A DNA stretch of 64,000 bases from NCBI RefSeq assembly GCF_001194135.2, contig NC_068982.1:131301951-131365950 (forward strand), given 5' to 3'. Both the position numbers and the translations under genes were made by a program. This DNA comes from Octopus bimaculoides (Eukaryota). The notes below the pieces were generated by a model. It had not been told where the DNA came from. It saw nothing but the letters and a program-made list of their open reading frames with translations, and ran no database searches. Below, one piece after another: positions 38,490-52,258 of this stretch. Position 1 is the first letter of the stretch. Each line of letters opens with the position of its first letter.

Positions 38490-39289
38490 TCCATTTTCCA
38501 TGCTAGCATGGGTTGAATGGTTTGACAGGAGCTGGCTAAACAGAGAATTACACGAAGCTCCAATGTCTGTTTTGGCATGGTTTCTATGGCTGGATGCCCA
38601 CCCTAATGCCAACTAGTTTATAGAGTTTACTGTATGCTTTTTGTAACTCACAAAATAAACAGAAGTTATAAGATATTATGATTTTCAACAAATATTAGTT
38701 GGTGATTAAAATGATGGGAGCTCAAGACTGAGTAATGTATGTATTTAAACATGTTGAGGAACTAACATAACCAATACTCATTTAAATAACAAACCACCAA
38801 AAATCTTCAGATATTTAACATAGAACAAGAATATTTTGTTGACAAGAATTAGTTTCTTTGTTTATCATTTTTTACATACAAATATTCAGAGTCTGTTCCC
38901 CTTTTCTTTCTCTCACCCTCTCACTTCTATTCTAGCCTTTCTACTTACACCTTTTCTCTCTCTCCCTCTTGTATTCCTAGCCCTTCTCCTTCCCCTTCAT
39001 CCCTTAGCTTTTTCCTTTGTCGCTCCCCCTCCCTGCTGCTGTCACGTGACCAGCGACCAGTTCCCTTTTTCCTTCCTTTCTTACACTGGTCCTGTAGCTG
39101 ACCAGTCGCAAATTATCTGTCTCTCCGTTCTCCATCTTTCAAGACATTTCTAAGTGTTACCCACTATTCTCAACTCCTTGGCCCCATGGCCATATTTTGT
39201 TCGCCTGTTCATCCTCGTCCTAAATCACACTCAGTGTCATTTTGCTTGTTTTGTTTTGTTTTGGTTGCTCTTGTCCCTAATTCTCTACA

Positions 39290-39710
39290 TCATCATCATC
39301 ATCGTTTAACGTCCGCTTTCCATGCTAGCATGGGTTGGACGATTTGACTGAGGACTGGTGAAACCGGATGGCAACACCAGGCTCCAGTCTGATTTGGCAG
39401 AGTTTCTACAGCTGGATGCCCTTCCTAACGCCAACCACTCAGAGAGTGTAGTGGGTGCTTTTACGTGTCACCCGCACGAAAACGGCCACGCTCGAAATGG
39501 TGTCTTTTATGTGCCACCCGCACAAGCCAGTCCAGGGGCACTGGCAACGATCTCGCTCGAAAATCCTACAGGAGCCAGTCAGGCGGTACTGGCAACGGCC
39601 ACGCTCAAAATGGTGCATCTCATGTGCCACCCGCACAAGAACCAGTCCAGGGGCACTGGCAATGATCTTACTTGGCTTGCCGGGTCTTCTCACGCACAGC
39701 ACATTTCCGT
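39290..39710 (-). mobile_element. Young RTE 3' end copy
   Basis: (CAT)n followed by CGTTTAACGTCCGCTTTCCATGCTAGC..., near-identical to the reverse complement of 4254-4495; CpGs intact. Confidence 0.85.
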
Positions 39711-39894
39711 AAATGTTTTTTGCGGGCACCACCAACTGGGAAGCACTCAGTCTTATCGTTAAAGGTGCAAAACTGAATATTACCAGATGGTTGATAACAG
39801 ATGAAGAATTACGGACCTTTTGTTTGTCTCCTGTTCATTTTTACATTCAGTATACATTACGTCATTTACTTATACATTTTTCATTTTTTTATGA

Positions 39895-40290
39895 AGGAGT
39901 GGTTGTGTGGTAAGTAGCTTGCTTATCAACCACATGGTTCTAGGTTCAGTCCCACTGCGTAGCACCTTGGGCAAGTGTCTTCTACTATAGCCTCGGGCCG
40001 ACCAAAGCCTTGTGAGTAGATTTGGTAGACGGAAACTGAAAGAAGCCTGTCGCATATATGCATATGTATATATATATGTGTGTGTGTGTCAGTGTTTGTC
40101 CCCCCCAACATCGCTTGACAACCGATGCTGGTGTGTTTACGTCCCTGTAACTAAACGGTTCGGCAAAAGAGACTGATAGAATAAGTACTAAGGCTTACAA
40201 AGAATAAGACTTGGGGTCGATTTGCTCGACTAAAGGCAGTGCTCCAGCATGGCCACAGTCAAATGACTGAAACAAGTAAAAGAGTAAAAG
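39895..40290 (+). mobile_element. Full-length tRNA-head SINE
   Basis: GGAGTGGTTGTGTGGTAAG...GGTTCAGTCCC head and GAGTAAAAGAA end. Confidence 0.88.
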
Positions 40291-40316
40291 AATATATATC
40301 ATCATCGTCGTCATTT

Positions 40317-40370
<54 letters not shown>

Positions 40371-40949
40371 CTTTATATACAAATACACAAACGTGTGTGT
40401 GTATGTTTGTATGACTGTGTGTATGTTTGTATGACTGAGTGAGTGAGTGGGTGAGTGTGTACACAAGGTGGCTATCAAGTTACGATTGAGTATGGTTATC
40501 CTTTGTGTTTCCTTCCTTGTGGACCCTCATGGTGGCAAAAACATACACCAGTGCAGCGGTACCAAGACTCCACTTCTCACACACTAGTGACATTTAAATG
40601 AACAATGAAGTTATGTGGCTAACAAGAGAATTAAAAATGCACTACCTACACTACATTATCTGTGTGTATGCTCACAAGTGAGGAAATGACAGAAGTGATG
40701 AGATTTTCTTATCATAGGTATGTGTAAAGCCTAAATCACCATGATGAAAGGTCAACTGTCTGCTTGCAATCCTAAGATGTTACTGGCTTGCAGTGGAAAT
40801 AGAGGATAGATGAGGAACAAAAATTACCCACATATCAAATTTTATAGTGACAAATGCATGTGTGGTTAATGCTCCAGACTTTATTTAACCCTTTTGTTAG
40901 CATATTTCTGATGAAATACACTGCTTTTGTTTCACTCGAGTTCACCAAG

Positions 40950-41975
40950 AACTGGTTTACAGCCCCGTCTTTTTCACCATAGTCCTCCAGGCTATAACAA
41001 AGGAATTTAAGACAGTCTGCCTTTGGGAGCTCCTCTATACTGATGACCTTGTTCTAATAGCTGAACTAGAGAAGAGATTTCAGGTGTAGAAGCAAGGTCT
41101 GGAATCAAGGGACCTTAGAGTTAATTTAGCAATGTCCAAAGTCTTAATAAGTAGGAAAGCAGATAAATCACAAATCCCTTCAGGGAGATGGCCCTGCTCG
41201 ATATGTAGGAAAGGTGTAGACAGAAACTCCATATGGTATACCTGGTGCATGTTATGGATACCTAAGAGGTGCAACAACATCAGAGAGCTTCTATCTTTGT
41301 TTGTAACAAAGGGCCTTGCCTTCAGATTGTATGATGTCTTTGTGTGAACAGCCATGCTACATGGTAGTGAAATATGGGCTGTGACGGCAGAGGACATGTG
41401 AAGGCTTGAGAGAAATAAATCTAGTATGCTTTGCTAGATATGCAATGTCAGTGTGCTCATATGACTGAGTGTAAAGTAAAGAGGCATTAGATATAGTGTG
41501 CAAAAGAGAAGACTGCAGTGGTATAGTCATGAGATGCATAAAGAAATGCTGATCTCCAACTGTGGAGAGAACCTGAGGAAGATGCGGGACAAGATAGCAA
41601 AGTACGATCTTTGGCTGCTGAGTCTCACAGAGGTGATGACAAGTGATTGAGACCTTTGGCAGTTTGCTGTGCTTGAGAAGATATGTCAAGCTAAGTGAAA
41701 TCAGTCATGGCCAGTGATGTGTAAAAGGCACTCATGCTGGGTACACATAAAAGGTACCCATGCCAGTGGAATGTAAAGGGCACCCATGCATGTGACAAAT
41801 GAAAGGCACCCAGTACACTCTGTGGAGTGGCTGGCATTAGGAAGGACAGCCAACTATAGAAACCAAGCCAAAACGAACTGGAGACCAGTGCAGCTCTCTG
41901 GCTTACAAACTCCAGTCAAATTGCCTTACCTATGCTAGCATGGAAAACGGACACTTATCAATGATGATGATACTG
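40950..41975 (+). mobile_element. Decayed RTE LINE with internal deletions and (GAT)n tail
   Basis: KVLISRKADKSQIPSGRWPCSICRKGVDRNSIWYTWCMLWIPKRC (RTE zinc-finger-like insert), followed by a C-terminal region and 3' UTR. Confidence 0.8.
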
Positions 41976-42563
41976 ATAATGAAGAATTAAATAAAATAAC
42001 ATGGTCATTATTGAGCTGTTGTCTGGAACACAAATTAATACAAAATATTGATGGAAGGTTTTGATTGAGTCACTTTAAAACAAAAAGCTTGTACCACAAA
42101 GTCAAGAACAGTTTCAGGCAGGTTAGTATCAGAAGGGAGCCATTAAGCTAACAACAAACAAAAGGAAAGTAAAACAGCCAATGTTTAGAAACATTGTAGG
42201 TTTCCTATAAGACTATCCTTTCTCATGTACACTTTACATATAACTGTAAATTCAAATATATATGAACATGCATTTCATTATCATCCTTTATCATCCATTT
42301 TCTAATGTGTGTGCGTGTGCATGTGTGTGTACACATGTACACATATTACTGGATAGGCATTGATTCTCTTGAGTTCATTCATCTTTTCACAGGATTTGTT
42401 TTTTACTTTAATTGACCAAAAACCACCCAACTCACCAAACAGGCTATATGTGGTTGCCAGTTTAGTCACCAATGACCAAACCATGCAACTAGTTGTACAG
42501 AGTAACATGTTACTATATCTATTTATCTGTCTGTCTATGAGTGTGTGTGTGTGTGTGTTTATA

Positions 42564-43515
42564 CAAGGTGGCATGAAAAGGTTCCCATACTAGTTATGTT
42601 TAATAAAAAATAACTTATATATCTAAGTTTTAGTATCATCTGCTTTGAAATAGTCACCTTGCACAGCAATACACCAGTCCCAGAGTCCCTGCTACTTTTG
42701 GAATCCAGCCTAGAAGTAGTTTTCCATAAGTGAGTTGAGGACCTTCTGCAATTCGCTCTAGATCTCAACAACAGTGAACAGCAACCTTTGAGCTGCATTT
42801 TCATCTTGGGGAAGAGATGGAAGTCCACAGGTGCTAAATCTGGTGAATATGGCAGGTGTGGAAGTGATACCATGTTGTTTTGACAAGAAACTCATGAGTG
42901 AAGAGAGCTTCATGACAGAGTGCATTGCTGTCATGAAGAATCCAATTCTTCATGCTCCACAGATCTGGTCACTTTTACTGAATGTCTTCCATCAAATGCT
43001 TCAAGACGTCGCAGTAGAACTCTCAATTGACAGGTCTGACCCTGGGGAACAAATTCTGAATGTACAACATCACATTTCTGGGGGTGACACTCTTGACAGG
43101 TCTACCAAATCACTCATCATCTTCCAGGGATGTTCTTCCACTTTTGAAACGCCCATGTCACTTAAAACATTGCACATGACCCATTGCCTTGGAGCCATAA
43201 GCTTGCTGAAGCATGCTCAATGTCTCTGTAGCAGCCTTGCCAAATTTAATGCAAAATTTCACATTGGCTCTTTGTTCCTGTACATGACAAAAATGCAGAC
43301 TACAGCATAAACGCGATCACAAAAACAAAAATCTCACAACCTGCGCAGCAAATACAGCAATGTCACTCGGCACATTGCTTCATGAAGGACACTGCTAGCT
43401 CTCACTGCAGATGTAACTGTCTGCTGCCATATGTTGGTGTACTACAGATGTAACTGTCTGCTGCCATATGTTGGTGTACTACAGAACTAGGCTGAGAACT
43501 TTTTAATACTACCTC
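42564..43515 (-). mobile_element. Decayed mariner element with diverged TIRs and an internal 37-bp tandem duplication (43408-43484)
   Basis: LPHLPYSPDLAPVDFHLFPKMK motif. Left end CAAGGTGGCATGAAAAGGTTCCCATACTAGTT resembles the reverse complement of the right end (GAGGTAGTATTAAAAAGTTCTCAGCCTAGTT). Confidence 0.82.
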
Positions 43516-44617
43516 AAATATGATATAAAAATGCACACAAACACACGCATCATGCACAAACATATATAAACAGGTATATATTCATATATAAGTACATATG
43601 AAAATATACATAGATATTTATGCATACATAACTACTTAAGAATTTTTGTGGATTGTTAAAAAGCAAAAGGAGAAAGGTCATCACTGTCATCTATTTTAAA
43701 CTTCAACAGATCAGAGAACTGAAGGAAATGTGTAGGCAGTATACTACTAACTTCAGCTCTTTGGAAAAATATGTTGATTATATCTTAAGATCCATTACTT
43801 CCGTGTAAATGGTAATTCAGATGCAAAAGCATCAAAAGGAGTCTAACCAAAATACTGAAAAAAATCATTTTAAATAAATAATATCTTGTATTCATCCATT
43901 GCTTGACAGGAGGAAATATAAAAATGATGTCAATCTAATAGCTTTTTTTTTCATGAGAAGATAATATGTTTATTCAAAAACTTTCTTTGAAATAAATACT
44001 ACAAATTACATCACAATAAAATTTTTCCCAACATGGTATTAACTAGGTAAATTTATCAGAAGCAAAAAAATGAGATTCAAGATATAATTTAATTCAGTCA
44101 GTCTTACAGAATTTTGAACCTATATACGGCTAAACTTGAGCTATGTATTGTTTTTAATTAAAGTTCAGATTGAACCAATAAATTTTTCAGCAAAATTTTA
44201 AAACTGATCCTTTACAATAAAAAGGAGCAAAATGATGTTTCTGCACCTGTTATACCTGATGACAATCACAAAATTTGTAATTAAAAATAAATTCTGGAAT
44301 TAATTAAAATTAAAACTTAATATACTTGAAAAGGAATACTTTATAGTTTACCAGACTAGTAAATGATTGTATGTACATATGCACACACACACACACTGCA
44401 ATCACTTTACAGAAAATACACTGTAAAATGACAGCTGATATGAAAGGTATCCACCAATAAAAATCAAACCCATTAATGAAACAAAGGAGAGAGTCATGTC
44501 CTTGCTGTATGTGGGGGCAATAAGAAATGACTCAGACACTGATGAGCCTTTCCAGCTATTGCTGGGAAGGAAAGTGGATGTAACATGATGATGATGACAT
44601 ATTACATACATGGTGAT

Positions 44618-44649
<32 letters not shown>

Positions 44650-44849
44650 AAGGTATGTGGCTTAATGGTTAGTGTTGGACTCACAATCATAATATCATGG
44701 GTTCAACTCCAAGACCAAGTTTTGTACTGTGTTCCTGAACAAGGCACTTCATTTGATATTGGTCCACTCTACTCAGCTGATAATTAGTAGCAGCTGACTG
44801 CTTGTGCAGCTCTTGCACTCCTTTCAGCTCTCACATCCTCAATGTTCTG

Positions 44850-47800
44850 CTGAGTCAAGAGTGAGTGGGTGTCTGTGTATCTTGGCGACCACAGAATCAC
44901 TGAAAACAACTAACACAGCATGGTACCGAGACATATTCACTTGAGAGTGCCTATTAACGTCATGTGTGTGTGTGTGTGTGTGTGTGTGAGAGTGAGCGGG
45001 AGAAATAGAGCGAGACAAAAAGAACGTGAGGCAGGGACACACAGATTTGTTTCTTCTTCCATAATCGTTTGAAGATCGGAAGCAAGGAACTCGGAAAAAC
45101 AGTTTGTGAAGTTTCAGCTTCACACACACACGCGTAAAGACTCACAAACAAACACACACACACTATACAAGTTTACGTATAATGTACTACCTGCAACTAT
45201 CTGGGATGAAATTAATAGAATTACTAGTCATTGAAGGCGCTGAAGTTTCCACCACCCACGACATACATACACACACACACACACTAGTGTGTGTGTGTGT
45301 GTGTGTGTGTGTAAGAAGCTACAAATAATCTTATCGTTAATAATCAGTAATAAGTTCAGTTTTCAAGAAATTTAGCATCAGGTCCTTCGAGCAAGTTTTA
45401 TTCTCCTCTTAAATAAAGTAGTGAAATTAACCTAATATATAAACCTAGTCATAAATTAACCTAATATAAACCGAATAATAAATATGTATATTTGACAGCT
45501 TACCCACACGTTCACGTGTGTTGCTTTATAATCGCGCGCATTGTATCAAGCAGATTATGAATTAAAAAAAAACAAAAAAGGGAAGGGATTAAGGCTTTGA
45601 ATGAATTGGTTCAGTAAAAAGAATGAATTAACAAATATCATTGAACATCAATAGTAATCGATAGATTGAACACTATACACTATTTTCTTGTTCATAATAA
45701 AGCAATTCTGAATAAATCAAAAATTCTAATGACGAGCAAAATAAATAATGTTAATAAATATCGTTAGTTATTCGAAAACTATGATCATAGAAAACGAATG
45801 ATAATGAGAACAAAATATTAAGATCAGTTTTATATGAAACTTTACAAAATATCTACCTAAATCAAGAATACCGGCATAAAAAAAGCGAAGTTTAAATTAG
45901 TGGAAGAGTAACAAGTATTTTTTTCTGAATGATTTAATTGTAAAACATGTTTAGTTATATGTATAAGGGATATGTTGTGTTTACATTATGAGGGGAAAAT
46001 AGTACATCAATAAACCTTCTCAATTTCATATTATAAAAAAGAAAACCGAAATTATTCATCTGCAAAGATGTGGTGTACAGGAAATATATAAAATATAAGT
46101 ATTCGTCAGGTAAGTGAGATGTATATTAAACTATAAAAGATAAATATTAGCTACAACAGAGGTATTTTTGTAATTTTCTTAATATTATCGATCGAGAATT
46201 AACATCTAGTTCATCGAAAATGTTAAGCCCTGGATTCATAATACGACTATAATAGTCTTACTATTATTTACAACAGATACGGAAAGTACACTGGCTATAT
46301 ATTTTGAGTAATAATTAGCACATAAACACGGTTCTAAAGAGGCGTGTCACCGACTAAACTTAACTATCATATAATTATGTAATTTAAGGCCTATTGATAG
46401 TAAGTTTAAAAGGAAACTGCAACCTTTAACTTGAAAACTATCTAATCAAGCTGGGAAAAGCTGTTTTTGAAACCGATGGGATTAACACATTAGATTTGTT
46501 GGTCAGGTACTGATAGATATTTACAGAGAGCAACGGTGGCCAAACTGCGGCTCGCGAGCCGCATGCGGTTCTCAAAGCTATTATGTCAAGCACCTAAGAT
46601 CATATAGGGTTTCAGTGTTTTTTTTCCTGAATCAGCTTTAACATCCTACGAGTCAGAGTTTAAAGTATTAGTTGCATAAAATGAAGATTCTATAAAATCC
46701 TTTAACAAGCAGTTTAATCATTCTATTTTAGTGAAGCGGTATAATTTACTCATTTATAAATATAAATCTTTAATATCTAATGTGCTGATATATACATATA
46801 TATATATATATAAGTAAATATGTTGCGGCTCTTGACCGTAAAAAAATATATATATCTGACTCTTCTTATTAAACAAGTTGGCCATCCTGGTATATAAATA
46901 AATACGACCATCACCTTTAATTTCTTTTACTTTTACTTTATAAACGACTAATAAAAAGAAGAAAAATATAAAAGTCAGTAACGCTGACAACGGCATCAAA
47001 ATAACAAAACCTACCTTGGAGGCCAGGGTAGTTTCTGTGGGAGGGTTAAAAAAAAAAAAGAAAAATGAGCCAGCAGTAAAAGTACCACTATCTCCACAAG
47101 TGTAAAACAGAATTGTTTTGTGAAAGTGACACCGCTGTCGGTGGTTATTTATTTCTTTATTGGATTTGGTGTTTTCCTGTTACTCTTCAGCATTTCGCCT
47201 TCAATCTTTAGAGAGCGGCAGTGGCTGTCATTGTTGTTGTTGTTAGGTAAACACATCGTCTTGTAGCTAACAACAACTATTTCCATTTAGTAAGTAGTTC
47301 CATTTGACCAATTGACTAGAAGTAAGTTAATTTAGTTAATGGACACTGTGTATCGTAATTTTAAGTTAGTTACTTTCTTCTCTACTACTGTCTATGTTAA
47401 TTTCTTGCTTTCTCCAGAAAGACAGTTTTTTCGTTTGTGTGGGTGTGTGTTCTTCCTTCTGTAATTCAAATACCGCAGTTTCTTATGTACAGCTGTTTAT
47501 TGTTGATGTTATGGTCTATATATAAATGTGTGTGTACATACGTTTATTCCAACTTATTGTAGGCAAACAAATAGAATTATCTACAGTAGTGCTCTTTTGA
47601 TGAATGTTTTATTCAGCCGTATTAATCACGAGGATCGTCTGAAAATCTGTATTGTCTGTTGGATTTACAGACTGCAAAGGAAAAATTAAGCGAATCCGAC
47701 TGATTTTCCAAAGTTTTTGTACTTTTGCCGTCACTATTTCGTCAATCGGCAAAAATTAACTTCCATCGTCATCTTCAATCTCATCTTTCATGCAAATGAA

Positions 47801-47900
47801 ATTATCGCATGCTTCAAACTCCAAGAAATTCAAAGTTTCGTTGGAATTGTTTTAACTGACAATAAAAGTATATATTCGTTTCTTGCTCTTCAATAAAGAA
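44850..47900. promoter_or_regulatory. Broad CpG-retaining zone with divergent splice donors (minus AAG|GTAGG at 47014; plus TAG|GTAAAC at 47247): candidate bidirectional promoter
   Basis: Visible CG enrichment and two outward-facing donor-like sites ~230 bp apart; no coding exon could be linked. Confidence 0.35.
46531..46889. mobile_element. hAT (Charlie-like) MITE
   Basis: Ends CAACGGTGGCCAAAC... and ...GTTGGCCATCCTG, with a perfect 18-bp subterminal palindrome TGCGGCTCGCGAGCCGCA (46546-46563). No clean TSD. Confidence 0.65.
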
Positions 47901-50900
47901 AACTTCTGGTTAAAAAAATATTTAAAAAGAAAAACAAATTTTGTTGTTGTCATTAGAAAGTTTATCAACTGAATTTCTTGTATGTTATGTTTATTTTCGC
48001 AATTAATTGGCAAACAACTTAACATAACTTTCTGATAATTTATTCACCTCGGGTAGTAAAAGAAATATCACCACATTGAGATTTCTATTGGAAACTACAC
48101 TGCTGAAGAATATTAACTTGAGCCAGATTATTTTTACATTATATAAATAAGATTTGTCTCTGTGTCTAAGAAGGCATATAATTGTATTTTCTTTGCTCAT
48201 TAAAATGGTTGCGAGTTAGATGGCTGATCAGATAATCAGATCAGATGAATGTACCAGGCTCTACGTCATGTTCAGCAGCTCGAGATCAGATGATCCATAA
48301 TTTTAGTTGATGACAATATTCACATATTTAGTAAAGTTATTTTCAGAGAGTATCCTGTTTTTTTTTGTTGTTTTTTTTTAATATATGGAGGAGTTAAGAT
48401 ATTGTCTAACTCTTCTCTTAAAGAAGTTGTTTCTCTAATTACTTGGAAGTTCAATTTGATGAGGGAGTATTTTGGATAAACCTAGGAATTGATAAAAAAA
48501 AAGCATGAAAATATACTATGAAAGTGATGTGATAGCAATGGATGACAAACATTAGTGAGCTCTGTACCAAATATTTCTTTGTTACATCCTTTTATATTTT
48601 GGATTCAAATCATGCCTAGATCAGCTTTGCCTTTCAGTCTTCTGAGGATGATTAAATAAGTACCAGTTAAGTATGGAGGTTGAAGTAATTGATTAAAACT
48701 CTGGGTGGTTGTGCCTTAATATGCCTACACTGCAATGACTAAAGCCATTTTAAGTAAAAGAATACTTATATATAGTAAAAAAAAATGTGAGTGAGTGAGA
48801 GAGAGAGAGAGAGAGAGAGTGTAGAGGCATATGGCTTAGTGGTTAGTGTGTTGCACTTACAATCACAAGGTTGTGGTTTTGATTCCTGGACCAGAAACCA
48901 GTCAATGTATTTTTTTCTTGAGCAAAGCATTTAATTTTAAATTGCTCCAGTCCTCTCAGCTGGCATAATATGTAATCCTGCATCTAATAGTGAAATATAT
49001 GTGCCACAGAATCCCATGAAACCAGTCTTATGAGCCTATTGTTTTGGGGATTTTTTGATGTGTTTAAATTGATAAGATTTCTTGTGCTGAAACCACAAGA
49101 ACTCTTATTCATTGGACTGCGGGGATTCTAGATGATTGCATGATTTATTATTTTTTTAAGTCAAAGGAGGTAAAAAAGTATATCTATCTTTGCTTATCAC
49201 TGATTCATTCATCACTGATCTAAGATAACATAGTATGCATATTGGGAACCATGTTACACTTATCATGAATTGATCTGTGATAGCATGGGTTGGCAATTAA
49301 TCAGATTCTGCTTGGACAAAAAATGTGCACCCCCTGTGACCACCCATGATGCTCAGTACAACTTGAAGTATCAAGGCAAAACTATTTTTACTTTATGTTC
49401 TATTCATTTATTACTGATTCATTTAACACATCATCACTTCATTCAACATCCACTTTTCCATGCTTGCATAAGTCAGATGGAATATATTGAGGCAGATTTT
49501 CTATCACCAGATGCCTTTCCTGTCACCAATTCTCACCTGTTTCCAAACAAGGTCATATTTCCCCATAGCCAGACATGTTTTTCATGGAAGATTGGAAACA
49601 AACAACATTGCTTGTATGACAGTGATGCTCATTGGCAACCATCACATAACTTTAAGACAAGGGTACACACATTCACATACACACACACACATACACAAAC
49701 GCACATATATATGATGATTGCTTCATCTTGTCAGATGATATCCATCTCACGTTAAATGATAGTGAGTCATTTGTATGTTACTGGATTGAAGTGACAAAAG
49801 CTTGTACAACACTTTTGCTTCTCAATCACTGTAGTAGGTTCCAGTGGCAAGCTTTGTAAGATGACTGGTATATCTTAACTAAAACTTTTATGTCAGAGTA
49901 TCTTTCTCCTAGAAGAGCAGCCTTCCCCATGGCTTTAGAAATAACAGGAGCTTGGGAAATCTGTTTAGCCTATAGATGGAACTGTGGCAGGTACTACCAT
50001 TCCAGGTCAGAACAGACCTGTGAGTAATGGTAATTAAGGGAAAACTACATTCCCCCACAGTTCCAGAATTCCTGAACTGGAGCATCACCACTAGATGCAG
50101 TTTATATATTCAAATACCAGATCCTCTCACAAGGCTTTGGCTGGCTTGGTACTATAGTAGAAACACTTGCCCAAAGTGGGCCCCAATGAGACTGGACCCC
50201 AAACCAGGTGCCCTATCGGGCAGCTTTTAAGCTAGCTCCTGTGGGGGGCTCTTCATTAGGCCTTGAGCCCAACAATAACACTTCATGCATTGAGTACATA
50301 TTAAATCTTATTAAACTTGAACAATTTTCATCAAAACAATGATATAATTTGTTGACTAGGGACTTATTGCAAAGCTGCATGATAAACAACAGTACCACCA
50401 CCATCGCCACCACACCTGCCATACGCACACCATTCAGACTTCTGACACCACTGTCATCAATACCTTTGACTTCACCACCTTTCCCTCCACCACTATCACC
50501 ACTGTCTTTCACATCACTTACTCTCACTGTCATCCTTGACTGCTTCGGTTACCACCATCACCACCACCATCATCACCTCTGCCTCTATCACAGCTCATAC
50601 TATTACTATCACCCCATTACCATTGTTCAGTATGTTGGTTCAGTGTTCAGCCCCTCTTTCTCTCACATACCCACTCTTTCTCTTTTTCTTATTATTACTC
50701 CTACTACCACCCTCAACACTACTACTTTTAATAAAACATCATCAACTCTCCCTAAATTTCTTTGTATCTCTTTCTCTCCCTCTCTTTTTCTTTCTCTCTC
50801 ACTGTGTCTGTCTGTCTTCGCCACTGCCCTCACCATCTCTACTATTACTCTCACCCCAGCACAAGGAATAGTAGAAGTGTCATTGAATAGTGGGAGAGGG

Positions 50901-50964
50901 CGTCAAAGTGTGACACACTGACACAGAAATTAGTTTTCACATTTATTATCGAAATCAAACTAAA

Positions 50965-51513
50965 TTCGACGACTGGCACCCATGCCAACCTCTCCTTCAT
51001 TGGACACTAAACTCGGCTTGTGAAGACCTGTTGGGGCAATTGAAAGTGAAATTGTGATGGTACCTGTACCAGTGGAGCGCTAAGAGCACCGCCCGAGCGT
51101 GATCGTTGCCAGAGCAGCTGTCTTGCTTCTGCGCCAGTGGCACATAAATAGCACCATTTGAGCGTAATCGTTACCAGTGTCACCTTCCTGGCACTTGTGC
51201 CAGTGTCACATGAAAAGATATTTGAGCGAGGTCGTTGCCAGTACCACTGAACTGGCTCATGTGCAGGTGGCACATAAAATACACCATTTTGAGCGTGGCC
51301 GTTGCCAGTACCGCCTGACTGGCCTTCGTGCCGGTGGCACGTAAAAGCACCCACTACACTTTCGGAGTGGTTGGCATTAGGAAGGGCATCCAGCTGTAGA
51401 AACTCTGCCAAATCAGATTGGAGCCTGGCGTAGCCATCTGGTTCGCCAGTCCTCAGTCAAACTGTCCAACCTATGCTAGCATGGAAGTGGACGTTAAACA
51501 ATGATGATGATGA

Positions 51514-51520
<7 letters not shown>
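50965..51520 (+). mobile_element. RTE 3' UTR copy with (GAT)n tail followed by (TA)n
   Basis: Matches 63275-63975 and the reverse complement of 15632-16640. Confidence 0.85.
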
Positions 51521-51609
<89 letters not shown>

Positions 51610-51849
51610 ATGTATATATATATGAGGTGGGGTTTACAGCTGGGTTGGTGTTAGGAAGGGCATCTAGCCATAAAACTTTCACAAAACAGACAGTGAAGCC
51701 TAGTATAGTCTTCTGCCTAGTCAGCCTCTGTCAAACTGTCTAATCCATACCACTTTGGATGATGGACGTTAAATGATGCTGATGATGATATGTGTTTGTA
51801 AATTATATCAATCATATATAAATATATATCAATCATATATATATATATA

Positions 51850-52258
51850 TATTATTATAAAATCTGGTAATTAGTCATATATTAATTAATATCGATTAAT
51901 TATCAGGAGGCCAGCACATCTAAAGAATCAAAGAGATTCAGAAATATTATCTGCAATCTCAGGGGATTAAGGTACATTTTAAAAAATAACGTCAACCACT
52001 AACGTGGACAATTAATGCGCTAGAAATAGATCACATCTTGTGTCTATTAAGACCTAAATTGTTCTCAACATGAAATATAGCAGCATACCAAAAACGTGAG
52101 TGGGCAAGACATTTAAAATCACCTAAAAAAGCATTATTAAACAGGAACTAGTTTCGGATTTAACAAATTCTTACCATTTGTCTATTCCTCGTCAGCCTGA
52201 TTTGTAATTTAACCGTAATCATCAGAATCGTATACAGAGTTGCCCACCACCATGGGTA
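51850..52258 (-). mobile_element. Probable Penelope-like element terminal (pLTR) fragment between (TA)n tracts
   Basis: A ~400-bp CpG-retaining block bounded by TA microsatellites and carrying a hammerhead. Family assignment is inferred from the ribozyme. Confidence 0.45.
52142..52199 (-). ncRNA. Minimal type I hammerhead ribozyme motif in a probable Penelope-like terminal fragment
   Basis: CAGG-CUGACGA-GGAAUAGACAAAU(GGUAAGA)AUUUGUUAAAUCC-GAAAC-UA-GUU-CCUG. All core nucleotides are canonical, stem I is CAGG/CCUG, stem II is extended, and stem III is the palindrome AACUAGUU. Confidence 0.75.

Noticed and set aside
39358-39762. Several overlapping 66-134-aa ORFs (also 51007-51411, 63385-63960)
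   Set aside because: They lie in GC-richer RTE 3' UTR repeats with tandem units; not genes.
39895-39965. tRNA genes at SINE heads
   Set aside because: These are tRNA-derived SINE 5' ends followed by SINE bodies; no intact cloverleaf. No rRNA genes or CRISPR arrays were seen in the window.
44540-44575. CTGATGA followed by a 10-bp hairpin and GAAAG, superficially a hammerhead
   Set aside because: No G10.1-C11.1 register, no NUH or stem I partner. It is a diverged RTE tail (GGAAAGTGGATGT...GATGATGA).
44839-45163. ORFs in the CpG-rich 45-kb region (e.g. MEEETNLCVPASRSF...)
   Set aside because: They run through (CA)n microsatellites and terminate quickly; no homology recognised.
47620-47900. 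HEDRLKICIVC-type peptide hinting at a DNA transposon N-terminus
   Set aside because: Only ~20 codons before a stop, with no further motifs.
50349-50921. 190-aa Thr/Ser/His-rich ORF
   Set aside because: Low-complexity (CAC/CT) sequence with no splice or homology support.
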